Counted from the first letter of the stretch, positions 26,787-36,461 are shown. The stretch: 64,000 nt of DNA from a candidate division WOR-3 bacterium (GCA_020349965.1 CP070705.1:1885789-1949788); one strand, 5' to 3'. Notes: generated by a model not told the origin, from the sequence alone. Numbers and translations: made by a program.

Positions 26787-29465
26787 ATGAATGGAATAGG
26801 TAGAACATTGTCATTAGTAGTATTTGTCTCTTTCTCACTTACACTCGCCGGTGAATATGGCAGTATTGCCGGAAGAATCGTTGATAAAGAAACAAATCGA
26901 CCCTTGGTTGGCGCACAGATAATGGTAGAAGGAACAAGCATCAAAGGCATATCCGACCAAAACGGCTATTACTTCATCCCGTATGTCCGAGCGGGCACGT
27001 ATATTGTCACGGGCAGCGTGTCACATTGTCTACCGAGCTCATACGTCGATGTGTGCATAGTCGCTGACCATACTACGTTTCTTGGAATACAAATAAGTGG
27101 CGACCCTCTTGGATGGCCAAGCGTTCAGGAGGGGACTAACACGGATGACATCAACCGAGGAGTACTCAGCGCCAGGGACATCGAATGCCTTCCTGTGACA
27201 ACACCCAGCGAATTGATCCAAACGCAATCCGGCATCGTCACGAGCAATTACGGCCTGCACTTACGCGGCAGCACGAGTGACGATATTGCATACTACGTTG
27301 ATGGCCTTGTCATGATGTGGCCGTATGTTACGGGTTGGCAACACATACCGATGCCGCTTAATGCTGTTGAGCAATTTTCCCTGCAGAGCGATGACATTGA
27401 GTCTGAATACGGCCAGAACCGCGGCGGCGTAGTGAATATCGTCACCCGCCAGGCCGGCACAAGACCCGCGGCCAAGATCCAATATTTCACTGATGAAATA
27501 TTCTCCGGTGACAAACTCAATTTTGGCAGTAACAATTACAACATATCGGCAAGTGGCCCTTTGCCGGGAAACTTCGGCTACTTTCTCTCCGGTGACCTCC
27601 TTTTCACCAACGCCTTCCAGGAATCAAAATACAGAATACTATCACCGAGAAACGATTATCACGGCTACGGCAAACTGACTTACAAAATTCCAGGCGCACG
27701 CGGACAACTGAGTGTTTCTGGCTTCCGGGCGCGTGAACAATGGGTCAGGTGGAATCCGTATATAGAGTCGGGCAATAACTTGAAGTATTTTAGCCAGCGG
27801 CCAATGACCAGAACTAAATACTGGTACGGAATGGCAGCACTTGATTACAGACTTTCATCGAGCAATCTCACTTCACTGAGATTCGGTATTACGCACTTGG
27901 ACCGGTGCTACGGAAACCGTGATTACATTCGGGAAGAGGATAGTGGTCATTCATGGTATGATGATTACCGGTTCAAGGCAGAGCACTTGATACCCTACCT
28001 CCTCGACGAAGAATGGCAGGAAGAAAATTCAGTGACTCTGCGTAATATACTCGTCGATAGCATCATGGCATATCATACAGAATGGGCAGGATATAGCGTA
28101 GAGAATTTGAGGGTTGATCCGTGGGGTATCGGCGGGCTCTTCAAATTATCTGGCGATTACCAAGTCTGGTCATACTTTCAGGCAAGAGACATGCAGATCC
28201 GTCTCGATATCAACCAGTATCTGAGCAGAAGGCACGAATTGAAAGCAGGTATTCACTATACAGGATACTCGTTGGAGCACTTCAATAATCCCGTTGCCTG
28301 GGCAAGTGATCCGCTTTGGGACCATGTGGAACGTAATCCTTATAGAATCTCCGCATATCTGCAGAACAATTTCAAGGTCTTCGGCGATATTTCGTTCAAC
28401 GTGGGTCTGCGGTTGGACGATTTCAACCCGCGCATCGAGCCGCGTATAGACACGCTGCCAGTCTATTCAGAAATCGAAGAAGTCCTTAGGATCTCACCGC
28501 GCGTCACGCTTGCCGTGCCCCTCACCAACAAACTGACGACGCGATTCAACTACAGCCACTATCTCAATCCGTTCTTCACATTTCCATATGCTGATGATCA
28601 TTTCTACGCGGAACGCACGGTAGCCTACGAGTATATGATCAATTACGCCATTACAAGAAGAATCAACATAGGCCTGGATCTCTATCATAGACGACACTAT
28701 GACTGGTCCCAGATAAAAAACGATCAATATGATTATGTACTCTATGATGACCGTGAGTACGAGGAATGTGTCCGCGTGTCGGGCGCTCTACTCGAGATGC
28801 GGGTTATGCCATGGCAGCATACACAACTCAACATATCATACAATTATCAATTTACGCGGAGGGATAGTATCGAATGGTGGTGGGGATACTACTACCCACC
28901 TCCAGTGTTGTCAGAGTTCATTCCGGCCGCCTTCGATGAAACACATCAACTGAGAATCAGGCTAGATTTTGAATTCCCGCAATACCCCACGTACAAATTG
29001 CTGAGATACACCGAAAGTTCTGTTCTTCTCAGTTATCACTCGGGCCAGCCGTACACGCCTACGGATCTGCTCGGCAATGTCATCAATAACAGGGACTATC
29101 GACGAATGCCGGATTACTGGAATGTTGACTGGAGGATCACGCGCCGTTTTCGCATCGGCAGTACACGACTGGTCCTATCCGCGCTGATATTCAACCTTTT
29201 CAATACCACACAAATAACCTATGTCTACACAACGACCGGCGATCCTGATGACCATGGCGACACCCCTCCATCAAGCGAGCCATTCGGCTACACATCGATG
29301 GCCAGTTTATATTACAGTCCGCAGGCTGATTTTGACCATGATGGACTTATAACGCCGGTCGAGGCACGCGACGCCTATTTCGGTGCACTCATGGATTTCT
29401 ACAATGATCCCACGAATTACGCCATGCCCTTCCGTGTTCGGCTCGGAATCGGAATTGAATTGTAG
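26787..29465 (+). CDS. TonB-dependent receptor with N-terminal carboxypeptidase-regulatory-like domain
   Basis: Signal peptide, GSIAGRIVDKET..PL.GA, plug motifs HLRG..YYVDG and EYG..GGVVNIVT, GLRLD, SPR, NLFN. Confidence 0.88.
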   Translation: MNGIGRTLSLVVFVSFSLTLAGEYGSIAGRIVDKETNRPLVGAQIMVEGTSIKGISDQNGYYFIPYVRAGTYIVTGSVSHCLPSSYVDVCIVADHTTFLGIQISGDPLGWPSVQEGTNTDDINRGVLSARDIECLPVTTPSELIQTQSGIVTSNYGLHLRGSTSDDIAYYVDGLVMMWPYVTGWQHIPMPLNAVEQFSLQSDDIESEYGQNRGGVVNIVTRQAGTRPAAKIQYFTDEIFSGDKLNFGSNNYNISASGPLPGNFGYFLSGDLLFTNAFQESKYRILSPRNDYHGYGKLTYKIPGARGQLSVSGFRAREQWVRWNPYIESGNNLKYFSQRPMTRTKYWYGMAALDYRLSSSNLTSLRFGITHLDRCYGNRDYIREEDSGHSWYDDYRFKAEHLIPYLLDEEWQEENSVTLRNILVDSIMAYHTEWAGYSVENLRVDPWGIGGLFKLSGDYQVWSYFQARDMQIRLDINQYLSRRHELKAGIHYTGYSLEHFNNPVAWASDPLWDHVERNPYRISAYLQNNFKVFGDISFNVGLRLDDFNPRIEPRIDTLPVYSEIEEVLRISPRVTLAVPLTNKLTTRFNYSHYLNPFFTFPYADDHFYAERTVAYEYMINYAITRRINIGLDLYHRRHYDWSQIKNDQYDYVLYDDREYEECVRVSGALLEMRVMPWQHTQLNISYNYQFTRRDSIEWWWGYYYPPPVLSEFIPAAFDETHQLRIRLDFEFPQYPTYKLLRYTESSVLLSYHSGQPYTPTDLLGNVINNRDYRRMPDYWNVDWRITRRFRIGSTRLVLSALIFNLFNTTQITYVYTTTGDPDDHGDTPPSSEPFGYTSMASLYYSPQADFDHDGLITPVEARDAYFGALMDFYNDPTNYAMPFRVRLGIGIEL

Positions 29466-29674
29466 GAAACCCGCCTTTACTGACACCAAATCAACCAGTT
29501 TGCCCTGGATCTGACGGAACTGCACCATCCACCAGCATCCACCAGCTCTGATATTCTGGTAATTACCAGAGTGTCGGAATTGAGAGACAATTGAAAACCG
29601 AAGATCCATTGCGTCAGGATCAACAGAATGTAATTCCTGTGCTACGCGCACAGACATACGCCCTATCGTGCTTG

Positions 29675-29702
29675 TTGACGGCGAAGGTTTTCTATGTATG
29701 AT
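29675..29702 (+). promoter_or_regulatory. Promoter of the ferredoxin gene
   Basis: TTGACG-N16-TATGAT, ATG 8 nt downstream. Confidence 0.7.
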
Positions 29703-29710
29703 ATGCAATC

Positions 29711-30157
29711 ATGAACACTGAGGTATCGACGGAACGCAAGAACGCCAATCCGTACGTTGTCATCGAATGCCCTGAGAAGATACCCTGTGATCCCTGTGTC
29801 GATGCCTGCCCCAATGGTGCGATATCCATGCCCGGATCGATCATCGAACTGCCGCAGATCGATTATGAAAAATGCACCGGTTGTCTCGTCTGCATTCCGC
29901 GGTGTCCGGGCCTGGCGATATTCGTCGTCGACGACCGGCCAGAAGACCATTCGCTCGTCTACATACCCTATGAGTTCCTGCCCAGGCCCAAAAAGGGAGA
30001 TACGGCAAAGGGACTTGACCGGGATGGAAAAGAGAGATGCGATGTGACGATCATTAAGGTTATCGACGCCAAAAAGTTCGACCGTTGTGCCATAGTCGGA
30101 CTTTCGGTGCCAAAAGAACTCGCCCACGAAATCAGGGCGATCCGGATTACCGAGTAA
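29711..30157 (+). CDS. 4Fe-4S dicluster ferredoxin-like protein (proline dehydrogenase/sarcosine oxidase-associated type)
   Basis: IECPEKIPCDPCVDACP, CTGCLVCIPRCPGLAIF, IPYEFLP. Confidence 0.9.
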   Translation: MNTEVSTERKNANPYVVIECPEKIPCDPCVDACPNGAISMPGSIIELPQIDYEKCTGCLVCIPRCPGLAIFVVDDRPEDHSLVYIPYEFLPRPKKGDTAKGLDRDGKERCDVTIIKVIDAKKFDRCAIVGLSVPKELAHEIRAIRITE

Positions 30158-30198
30158 CTTTTTGCATTGAATTTATGTCTAAATAGTGAGGTGAAAAG

Positions 30199-31785
30199 AT
30201 GATGAAAAGGATCTTATCTTCAATGTTTGTAATGCTTATCTGTGCCTTTGCTGGTGAGTATCTGGTGGATGTTGAGCTCACAGAAGAGAGGCTCTCCACC
30301 CTTGCACAAACAGGTGTTAGAATTCTGGCCGAACTGGAAAACTCTGCCGTCGTCCTGCTCGATGATGTTGATTTCGAGCGCATTTCCATGTTCAAGTACC
30401 GAATTCTCGACACGCCGTCAGTAACGGACGACTACTACATTGTGCGACCGATGAAAGGCGGAACCGACCTGACGCTATTCGGTGATATTCTCACCCGCGA
30501 TGGCGATGACTACGTCATTAACGTTCAGACCGACATGCTGGAATCACTCATCGATCAAAGAGTGATGCTGAAGCATCTGTCATTCACGCCCATGGTCATC
30601 CGGAGCGGAACTGAATTTCCTCCCGTGCGTTACAATCAAACTGTCGCTGATATCGTGAGCCTCATCAGCGCCGACAGTATATTGGCGAATGTCCAGAGGC
30701 TCCAGGATTTCCGAACGAGACTTTCGACCCATGATTCGTGCATGGCGGCGGCAAATTGGATCCGCGACAAGTTCCTCGCCATCGGTTGCGACACGGTCTA
30801 TTTTCAGTATCATACGACTGGACACGCGCCTAATGTGATTGCGGTCAAGGATGGCACGGTCTATCCCGATTCGATATATGGAATCATATGCGGCCACTTC
30901 GACTCGTTTGCCTTCAGCTCCCCAGAGCTTGCCCCCGGTGCCGACGACAATGCAAGCGGAACCTCGGCCGTGATCGAAGCGGCACGCGTCATGCGTAACT
31001 ACGACTTCGAATACTCAGTCCGATACATTGCATTCTCAGGAGAAGAAATGGGTCTATACGGAAGCGAATACTACGCCGAGAATGCCCGCTCTCAGGGCGA
31101 CAGCATTATCGGGGTCATCAACGGAGACATGATCGCATACGTTGACTTGCAGCCGGAGTCACTCGAGGTCATTGCCAAACCAACGAACCCCGCGTGCGGG
31201 CCCTTTGCAGACTTCTTCGCTGCTGTAGCCGATACCTATACGACCCTCGAGACGACCATTCAACTGTCAACGACGATGATCTACTCAGACCACTCACCCT
31301 TCTGGAATCAAGGCTATGTGGCATTGTGCAACATCGAGGACTGGCCAACCAATACTCCCTACGTTCACACGCCCGGTGATTCCATTGGAGCTGGATTTAA
31401 CGATCTTGCATTCTGCACCGATGCGACCAGAGCGGAAATCGCGGCGTTGGCTGTACTGGCAATCCCTGTTGGCACTGGAATCGATGAGCTAATAGCCGCT
31501 GGATCGGAAAATATCGGCCTCACAATACGACCGACGGTCGGGAGAGCCCTTTTCACGATCTCGCTAATGTCCCAATCCTCCAATCCTGCCAACTTGACGA
31601 TTCATGACGTTGCCGGCCGCGTCGTCAAGAATATATCCCTACCGGCATCAGAGGCAGGTCAACAGGTATCAGCTCTCTGGGATGGCACTGATGACGCGGG
31701 CAAGCAACTTCCGGCAGGTATCTACCTTGTCACGGCCGCAGACAGAGCACTTTCGGCGACCGCAAAGTTAGTGATGCTGCGGTAG
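30199..31785 (+). CDS. Secreted M28-family aminopeptidase with C-terminal FlgD-Ig/T9SS-like sorting domain
   Basis: GHFDS, APGADDNASGT, FSGEEMGLYGS, DMI, SDH, HT..D; tail IHDVAGRVVK...WDGTDDAGKQLPAGIY. Confidence 0.9.
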   Translation: MMKRILSSMFVMLICAFAGEYLVDVELTEERLSTLAQTGVRILAELENSAVVLLDDVDFERISMFKYRILDTPSVTDDYYIVRPMKGGTDLTLFGDILTRDGDDYVINVQTDMLESLIDQRVMLKHLSFTPMVIRSGTEFPPVRYNQTVADIVSLISADSILANVQRLQDFRTRLSTHDSCMAAANWIRDKFLAIGCDTVYFQYHTTGHAPNVIAVKDGTVYPDSIYGIICGHFDSFAFSSPELAPGADDNASGTSAVIEAARVMRNYDFEYSVRYIAFSGEEMGLYGSEYYAENARSQGDSIIGVINGDMIAYVDLQPESLEVIAKPTNPACGPFADFFAAVADTYTTLETTIQLSTTMIYSDHSPFWNQGYVALCNIEDWPTNTPYVHTPGDSIGAGFNDLAFCTDATRAEIAALAVLAIPVGTGIDELIAAGSENIGLTIRPTVGRALFTISLMSQSSNPANLTIHDVAGRVVKNISLPASEAGQQVSALWDGTDDAGKQLPAGIYLVTAADRALSATAKLVMLR

Positions 31786-31826
31786 ATAATAGTAGTAACA
31801 GGATCTGCATCAGATGACATAAAGGA

Positions 31827-32069
31827 TCAAGAAAGATCTTCTTCGATCCACTTCTTGATCTCGTCTTTTGCCGGTATTCTTCCTGAACATTTGACCTTGC
31901 CATTGATGACGAGGCCTGGTGGCGTCATGATCTTATATTCCATGATCCTTTTCATGTCCGTCACTTTCTGAACGTCGGCAGCGACGTTCAATTCGGCAAG
32001 GACATCGATCGTCCTCTTCTCCACTTCATGGCATCTTGGGCAACCAGGACCCAGGATCCTTATCTCCAC
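31827..32069 (-). CDS. Small redox-active disulfide protein (MTH895/thioredoxin-like)
   Basis: ILGPGCPRC, GLVINGKVKCSGRIP; AAGGAGG RBS. Confidence 0.9.
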   Translation of the reverse strand: MEIRILGPGCPRCHEVEKRTIDVLAELNVAADVQKVTDMKRIMEYKIMTPPGLVINGKVKCSGRIPAKDEIKKWIEEDLS

Positions 32070-32100
32070 ATTGCCTCCTTTCTCAAATACCTACAGGTCA

Positions 32101-32796
32101 TCATGATGTCATGATCAAATAAATACCACCAAGGATGACCAGAACGCCGCATATCTTCTTAACGATCAGAACCCCTTTTGATCTACCGGTCCAGTGCAAA
32201 TAGCGGTTCACGGTTTCGGTCAGTGTACCGGCCAGCACTATTATCGAGCAATGTCCAACACCATAAGCAAGCAGCAGGCCAATTGCAGAGAGCAATTCCT
32301 TGGCAGCGACCTTGAATACGACACCCAGCACAGGTGCCATAAAGGCAAAAGTGCACGGGCCCAGGGCCAGACCAAAGACCAGACCAATGGTCAATGCGCC
32401 GATCAATCCCTTGCTTCTCACTTGCCTACTACCTGACCCTGACCATGGCAACGGAATGAAATCAAGAAGGTGCAAACCAATGATGAAAAATATGCCGGCA
32501 ACAATATAATTGCCGATGGCCCCGATATCACCCAGCACGCGTCCGGCAATGGCGGTGATCAAGCCAACCAGTGCCATGGTTACCAGAATTCCCAAAGCAA
32601 AAAGCGAGGAAATCCAAAATGCTCTTCTTACCGATATCTTACCCTGTTCGTCAACGTAACCAATAATCAAGGGTATGCTGGCGAGATGGCAGGGGCTCAG
32701 AACAACACTGAGGATGCCCCAGATGAAAGATGCACTCAGGGCAATGAAAAAATCGCCTTCTATTGCCTTCGTCAACGCAGTAAACAACTGAACCAT
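32101..32796 (-). CDS. CcdA/DsbD transmembrane thiol-disulfide transporter
   Basis: LSPCHLASIP and LGPCT motifs, about 6 TM segments. Confidence 0.9.
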   Translation of the reverse strand: MVQLFTALTKAIEGDFFIALSASFIWGILSVVLSPCHLASIPLIIGYVDEQGKISVRRAFWISSLFALGILVTMALVGLITAIAGRVLGDIGAIGNYIVAGIFFIIGLHLLDFIPLPWSGSGSRQVRSKGLIGALTIGLVFGLALGPCTFAFMAPVLGVVFKVAAKELLSAIGLLLAYGVGHCSIIVLAGTLTETVNRYLHWTGRSKGVLIVKKICGVLVILGGIYLIMTS

Positions 32797-33371
32797 CAGT
32801 CCACGCCCATCTCTTTAAGCTGTAGAATAATTTCTTCCTCGGGCATGAAACCCTGATGCCTGAAAACTTCTTCACCGTTGGCATCGAAAAATATCTGCGT
32901 GGGAATCAGTGTGATCTTGTATTTCCGGGACAGAGTGCTGTATTCACGAATGTCAATGATGAGGACCGATGCTTTCCCCTCAAGTTCGTGCTCCAATTTC
33001 TCCAGAATGGGTAACATCATTTTGCACGGTATGCACGTACTACGGCCAAAGTCTGCAACTACTGGCAGACCCTTCTTCAGTGCATTCTCGAGTGGATCTG
33101 CTGCCGTAGCAGGAACAGTGTCTTTAGTGCCCTCTCCGGGAAGATTCTCCGACGGTCCTGCGGGAGCGGATACACTTTCGGATATCGTCCTCTGTGATTG
33201 AATATGACCGCCGGCGGTGGAATCCTCAACGACGCTCATCGTATCCCTCGCGAGGTCATTCTCGCTGTTCTTGACCCCATTCGTGATTGCATACGTGGCA
33301 ACCACGGCAATCAGAATTACAGGCAGCCCTGCAATACGACACCAGAACACTAATCGCTCTATCTTCATCAA
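32796..33371 (-). CDS. Membrane-anchored thioredoxin-family protein
   Basis: N-terminal TM, linker, DFGRSTCIPCKMM, IPTQIFFD. Confidence 0.88.
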   Translation of the reverse strand: MMKIERLVFWCRIAGLPVILIAVVATYAITNGVKNSENDLARDTMSVVEDSTAGGHIQSQRTISESVSAPAGPSENLPGEGTKDTVPATAADPLENALKKGLPVVADFGRSTCIPCKMMLPILEKLEHELEGKASVLIIDIREYSTLSRKYKITLIPTQIFFDANGEEVFRHQGFMPEEEIILQLKEMGVD

Positions 33372-33432
33372 CGCCTCCTCAATGCTGATGCTTTACATTC
33401 GTCCTCATCGTTTTCAACATTACCGGCAGTCC

Positions 33433-34482
33433 TCATGACTTGAAAAACCACTTTGTTCTCTTGCATAACCAGACTATGAAGAGCATGATCGGAACCTCGG
33501 TCAGAACACCGGCAACCGTCGCAAGTGCAGCACCGGATCTCACACCGAAAAGTGTAGCCGCAACCGCTATGGCGACCTCAAAATGATTACTGCCCGCTAT
33601 GATCGCACTCGGTGCCGCGTCTTCATAACCGATTCCCACGATCTTGGCGACAAGATACGTCAGGACAAAGACCACGATGATATTCGCAAAGATACCGACC
33701 GTGATCATAGCGATGGCACCGGGCAGGCTGACGATAACATATCCCTGGAACGCAAAGAGAAGGACGAGGGTCACCAGGAGAGCGATCACCGACACAGTTT
33801 TAAGTGGGGCGACTACACGTCCATTGAACCAACCTAGCCCTTTCTTTTTTATACTGATTGAACGGGTGAAATAGCCGGCGGCCAAAGGAACACAGATATA
33901 AATTAAAACGGAAAATGCTATCGTCGCCCACGGTATGGGTATGCCGGACACACCAAGTAGAAATCCGGCCAACGGTGCATACAGGACAACCATTGACAGG
34001 GAATTGACCGCACACATGACCAATGTATGAGCCATGTTCCCTTCCGCAAGATAAGACCACATGAGAACCATCGCCGTGCACGGTGCGACACCGAGCAATA
34101 TCATGCCCGCACGGTACTCCAGTGCGATATCGTGCGGTAAGAGATTCTTGAAGACAACACCGAGAAATAACCAGGCGAAGAAAGCCATGGTAAACGGTTT
34201 GATAGCCCAGTTTGCGATCAGGGTCGTAGCGATAGGTTTTGGTGCCTTACCTGCAGTGAGAACGCGGCGGAAATCAATCTGCACCATGATCGGATAAATC
34301 ATCCAGAACAGGCAGACGGCAATAGGTATTGATACCTTGGCAATCTCAAGACTGCTCAACGTGACGCTCAAACGAGGGAATAATCTACCTATGGCAATGC
34401 CGGCTAAAATACAAAGAAATACCCACAGAGTGAGATATTTCTCCCACAAACCGAGGCTCCTGGTCTTTTCACTGTTTTCCAT
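33433..34482 (-). CDS. acr3: ACR3-family arsenite efflux transporter
   Basis: KYLTLWV, MIYPIM, NWAIKPFTM, APCTAMV..W, SNHFEVAIAVA, EVP. Confidence 0.95.
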   Translation of the reverse strand: MENSEKTRSLGLWEKYLTLWVFLCILAGIAIGRLFPRLSVTLSSLEIAKVSIPIAVCLFWMIYPIMVQIDFRRVLTAGKAPKPIATTLIANWAIKPFTMAFFAWLFLGVVFKNLLPHDIALEYRAGMILLGVAPCTAMVLMWSYLAEGNMAHTLVMCAVNSLSMVVLYAPLAGFLLGVSGIPIPWATIAFSVLIYICVPLAAGYFTRSISIKKKGLGWFNGRVVAPLKTVSVIALLVTLVLLFAFQGYVIVSLPGAIAMITVGIFANIIVVFVLTYLVAKIVGIGYEDAAPSAIIAGSNHFEVAIAVAATLFGVRSGAALATVAGVLTEVPIMLFIVWLCKRTKWFFKS

Positions 34483-34540
34483 TACTTACTCCCATTCCTC
34501 CCAGCGCGTTCGTATCGTTCCATCCGTCTCGATCCAATTC

Positions 34541-35707
34541 CTAGAATAAGAACCCGTAGAACCAACCAATAAGAGTCGACAGCACGATAACCAAAATTAC
34601 AAAGACGACCGTTCTCTCTGTACCCATGATACCGCGGATCACGAGCATATTGGGCAGACTCAATGCCGGACCGGCAAGAAGTAATGCCAGGGCAGGACCC
34701 CCTCCCATGCCACTGCCCAGAAGCCCCTGGAGTATCGGCACTTCGGTGAGCGTGGCAAAGTACATGAATGCACCGGCGATCGAAGCAAATAAGTTGGCAA
34801 ATAGTGAATTGCCGCCGACAGACATTGCCACAAAACGTGAAGGAATGATACCGGCGTCATTGTTTGGCCGACCAAGCAGAAACCCGGCGATCAAAACGCC
34901 GGCAAAGAGAAGCGGCAGGATCTGTCTGGCAAAAGTCCATGTCGAAAACATCCAGTCATTTATCTCATTCTTTCTGAACCAGGAAGATAACATGACGAAC
35001 AAGATAATGAGCATTGCGCCGGTCAGGTACCAGTGGACACTGTAGACCGCATTCCAAAGCCCGACAGCCTCTTTCGGTTTTGCCCAGGCCGCAAAGATCA
35101 ACACTAAAATGAGGACAAGAAAATACAAAGCATTCTGACCGAGCGAACGTGATTTACCTGCCGTTGGTTCGGCTGTGATAAGATCCTCACCCTCTTTCTT
35201 CTTGTCTTTAAAGAAGATCGACATCAAGAGGCCGATGATCACCGAGAACGCAATCGCGCCGATCGCGCGCGCAAGACCTAACTCAGGACCGAGGACCCGC
35301 GCCGTAAGGATTATCGCAAGAATATTTATTGCCGGTCCGGCATAGAGGAATGCTGCAGCAGGTCCGATACCCGCACCTCTCGTATATATCCCGGCAAACA
35401 TCGGTAAAACCGTACACGAACAGACCGCAAGAATGCTCCCAGATACCGATGCAACGCCATAGGCCAGCACCTTATTTGCTTTGGCACCGAAGTACTTGAC
35501 GACCGCTTCTTTGGAAATGAAGCTGCTTATTGCTCCGGCAATGAATAAGGCTGGTATCAAACAGAATAGAACGTGCTCCCGGGCATAATCCTGAAGCATA
35601 AGAAATCCTTCGAGGATCGCACCCCTGATCCTCACGCCGTCGAGTGGGACGAAATAGAGAATCACAAATACGGCGATGAAAACCAACAGCCGGGTTCTAT
35701 CTTTCAT
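34541..35707 (-). CDS. ArsP/DUF318-type permease
   Basis: HVLFCLIPA, LAVCSCTVLP, GPAIN, MYFATLTEVP, GPALSLP. Confidence 0.9.
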   Translation of the reverse strand: MKDRTRLLVFIAVFVILYFVPLDGVRIRGAILEGFLMLQDYAREHVLFCLIPALFIAGAISSFISKEAVVKYFGAKANKVLAYGVASVSGSILAVCSCTVLPMFAGIYTRGAGIGPAAAFLYAGPAINILAIILTARVLGPELGLARAIGAIAFSVIIGLLMSIFFKDKKKEGEDLITAEPTAGKSRSLGQNALYFLVLILVLIFAAWAKPKEAVGLWNAVYSVHWYLTGAMLIILFVMLSSWFRKNEINDWMFSTWTFARQILPLLFAGVLIAGFLLGRPNNDAGIIPSRFVAMSVGGNSLFANLFASIAGAFMYFATLTEVPILQGLLGSGMGGGPALALLLAGPALSLPNMLVIRGIMGTERTVVFVILVIVLSTLIGWFYGFLF

Positions 35708-36035
35708 CTTCCTTCTCCTCAATTGCCGCCAGTAACGTAGTACTTTCTCGCAGGTCGCGAAGGACGAGGTTTTCCAATTGGTCGATAATCCCGTAGACCC
35801 TCTGATCAGTCACTCTATACCAGACCTCGATGCCCCGCTTCTCACTCTGAACGATGTGCGCCCTTCTCAAAATCGCAAGATGGTGAGAAACATTGGACTG
35901 CTCACCCCCGACATAAGGTATTATCTTGCAGACGCAGCATGGGCCTTCACGGAGTTTATCGAGGATTCTGAGGCGTAACGGATGAGCTAAGGCACTTAGG
36001 ATTTCCCCCTTTTTCCTTATAATCTCCTGCTTCAT
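35697..36035 (-). CDS. ArsR/SmtB-family transcriptional regulator
   Basis: ALAHPLRLRIL, PCCVC, QSNVSHHLAILR, G..VWY. Confidence 0.94.
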   Translation of the reverse strand: MKQEIIRKKGEILSALAHPLRLRILDKLREGPCCVCKIIPYVGGEQSNVSHHLAILRRAHIVQSEKRGIEVWYRVTDQRVYGIIDQLENLVLRDLRESTTLLAAIEEKEDER

Positions 36036-36040
36036 ATATG

Positions 36041-36068
36041 ATTATATGTAGATATTGTCATATGTCAA
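36041..36068 (-). promoter_or_regulatory. Leaderless promoter of the ars cluster with an overlapping ATATG-N10-CATAT inverted repeat (candidate ArsR operator)
   Basis: TTGACA-N16-TATAAT-N5-ATG; inverted-repeat arms at 36044-36048 and 36059-36063. Confidence 0.75.
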
Positions 36069-36108
36069 CAATATTTTCCTTTCATCCGCTGAACTTTACA
36101 CGAGCTGT

Positions 36109-36456
36109 TTACCTGATATGGTCTGGACATGAAACGCGGCCCGATTGCGGGTCGTAATCATAGGCGTTCTGTGTTACCGGACAATGGAGATCCCGTTCAG
36201 AGATGCCTTCGACCATTTCCAAAGTCTCTGGATATCGGCCATTTTGAACGCTGTACATCTGCACCTGGATTTCTATCTTCTTCACCTGGGCCAGGCACTC
36301 GACGCTCTGCGCCCTCTCTATCGGACTGACCGCTGCACTATCACCGCCGCCCTTTCCCGACATATAACCGATGACGAGAAAGGCGACGAGACCTACTACT
36401 AAAAGCGACATGATGAGAGAGAGCGCGGACAAACCAGGATGCTTCATCACTTGCAC
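36109..36456 (-). CDS. Small type IV pilin/pseudopilin-like protein (start GTG 36456 or ATG 36447)
   Basis: HPG/LSALSLIMSLLVVGLV hydrophobic helix, GspG-like Y...NGRYP..L, C-terminal CP...CPDH. Confidence 0.65.
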   Translation of the reverse strand: MQVMKHPGLSALSLIMSLLVVGLVAFLVIGYMSGKGGGDSAAVSPIERAQSVECLAQVKKIEIQVQMYSVQNGRYPETLEMVEGISERDLHCPVTQNAYDYDPQSGRVSCPDHIR

Positions 36457-36461
36457 AGCAA

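Noticed and set aside
31827-36035. Possible selenocysteine recoding in the redox/ars genes
   Set aside because: All CxxC and Cys motifs are encoded as Cys in uninterrupted ORFs, with no in-frame TGA.
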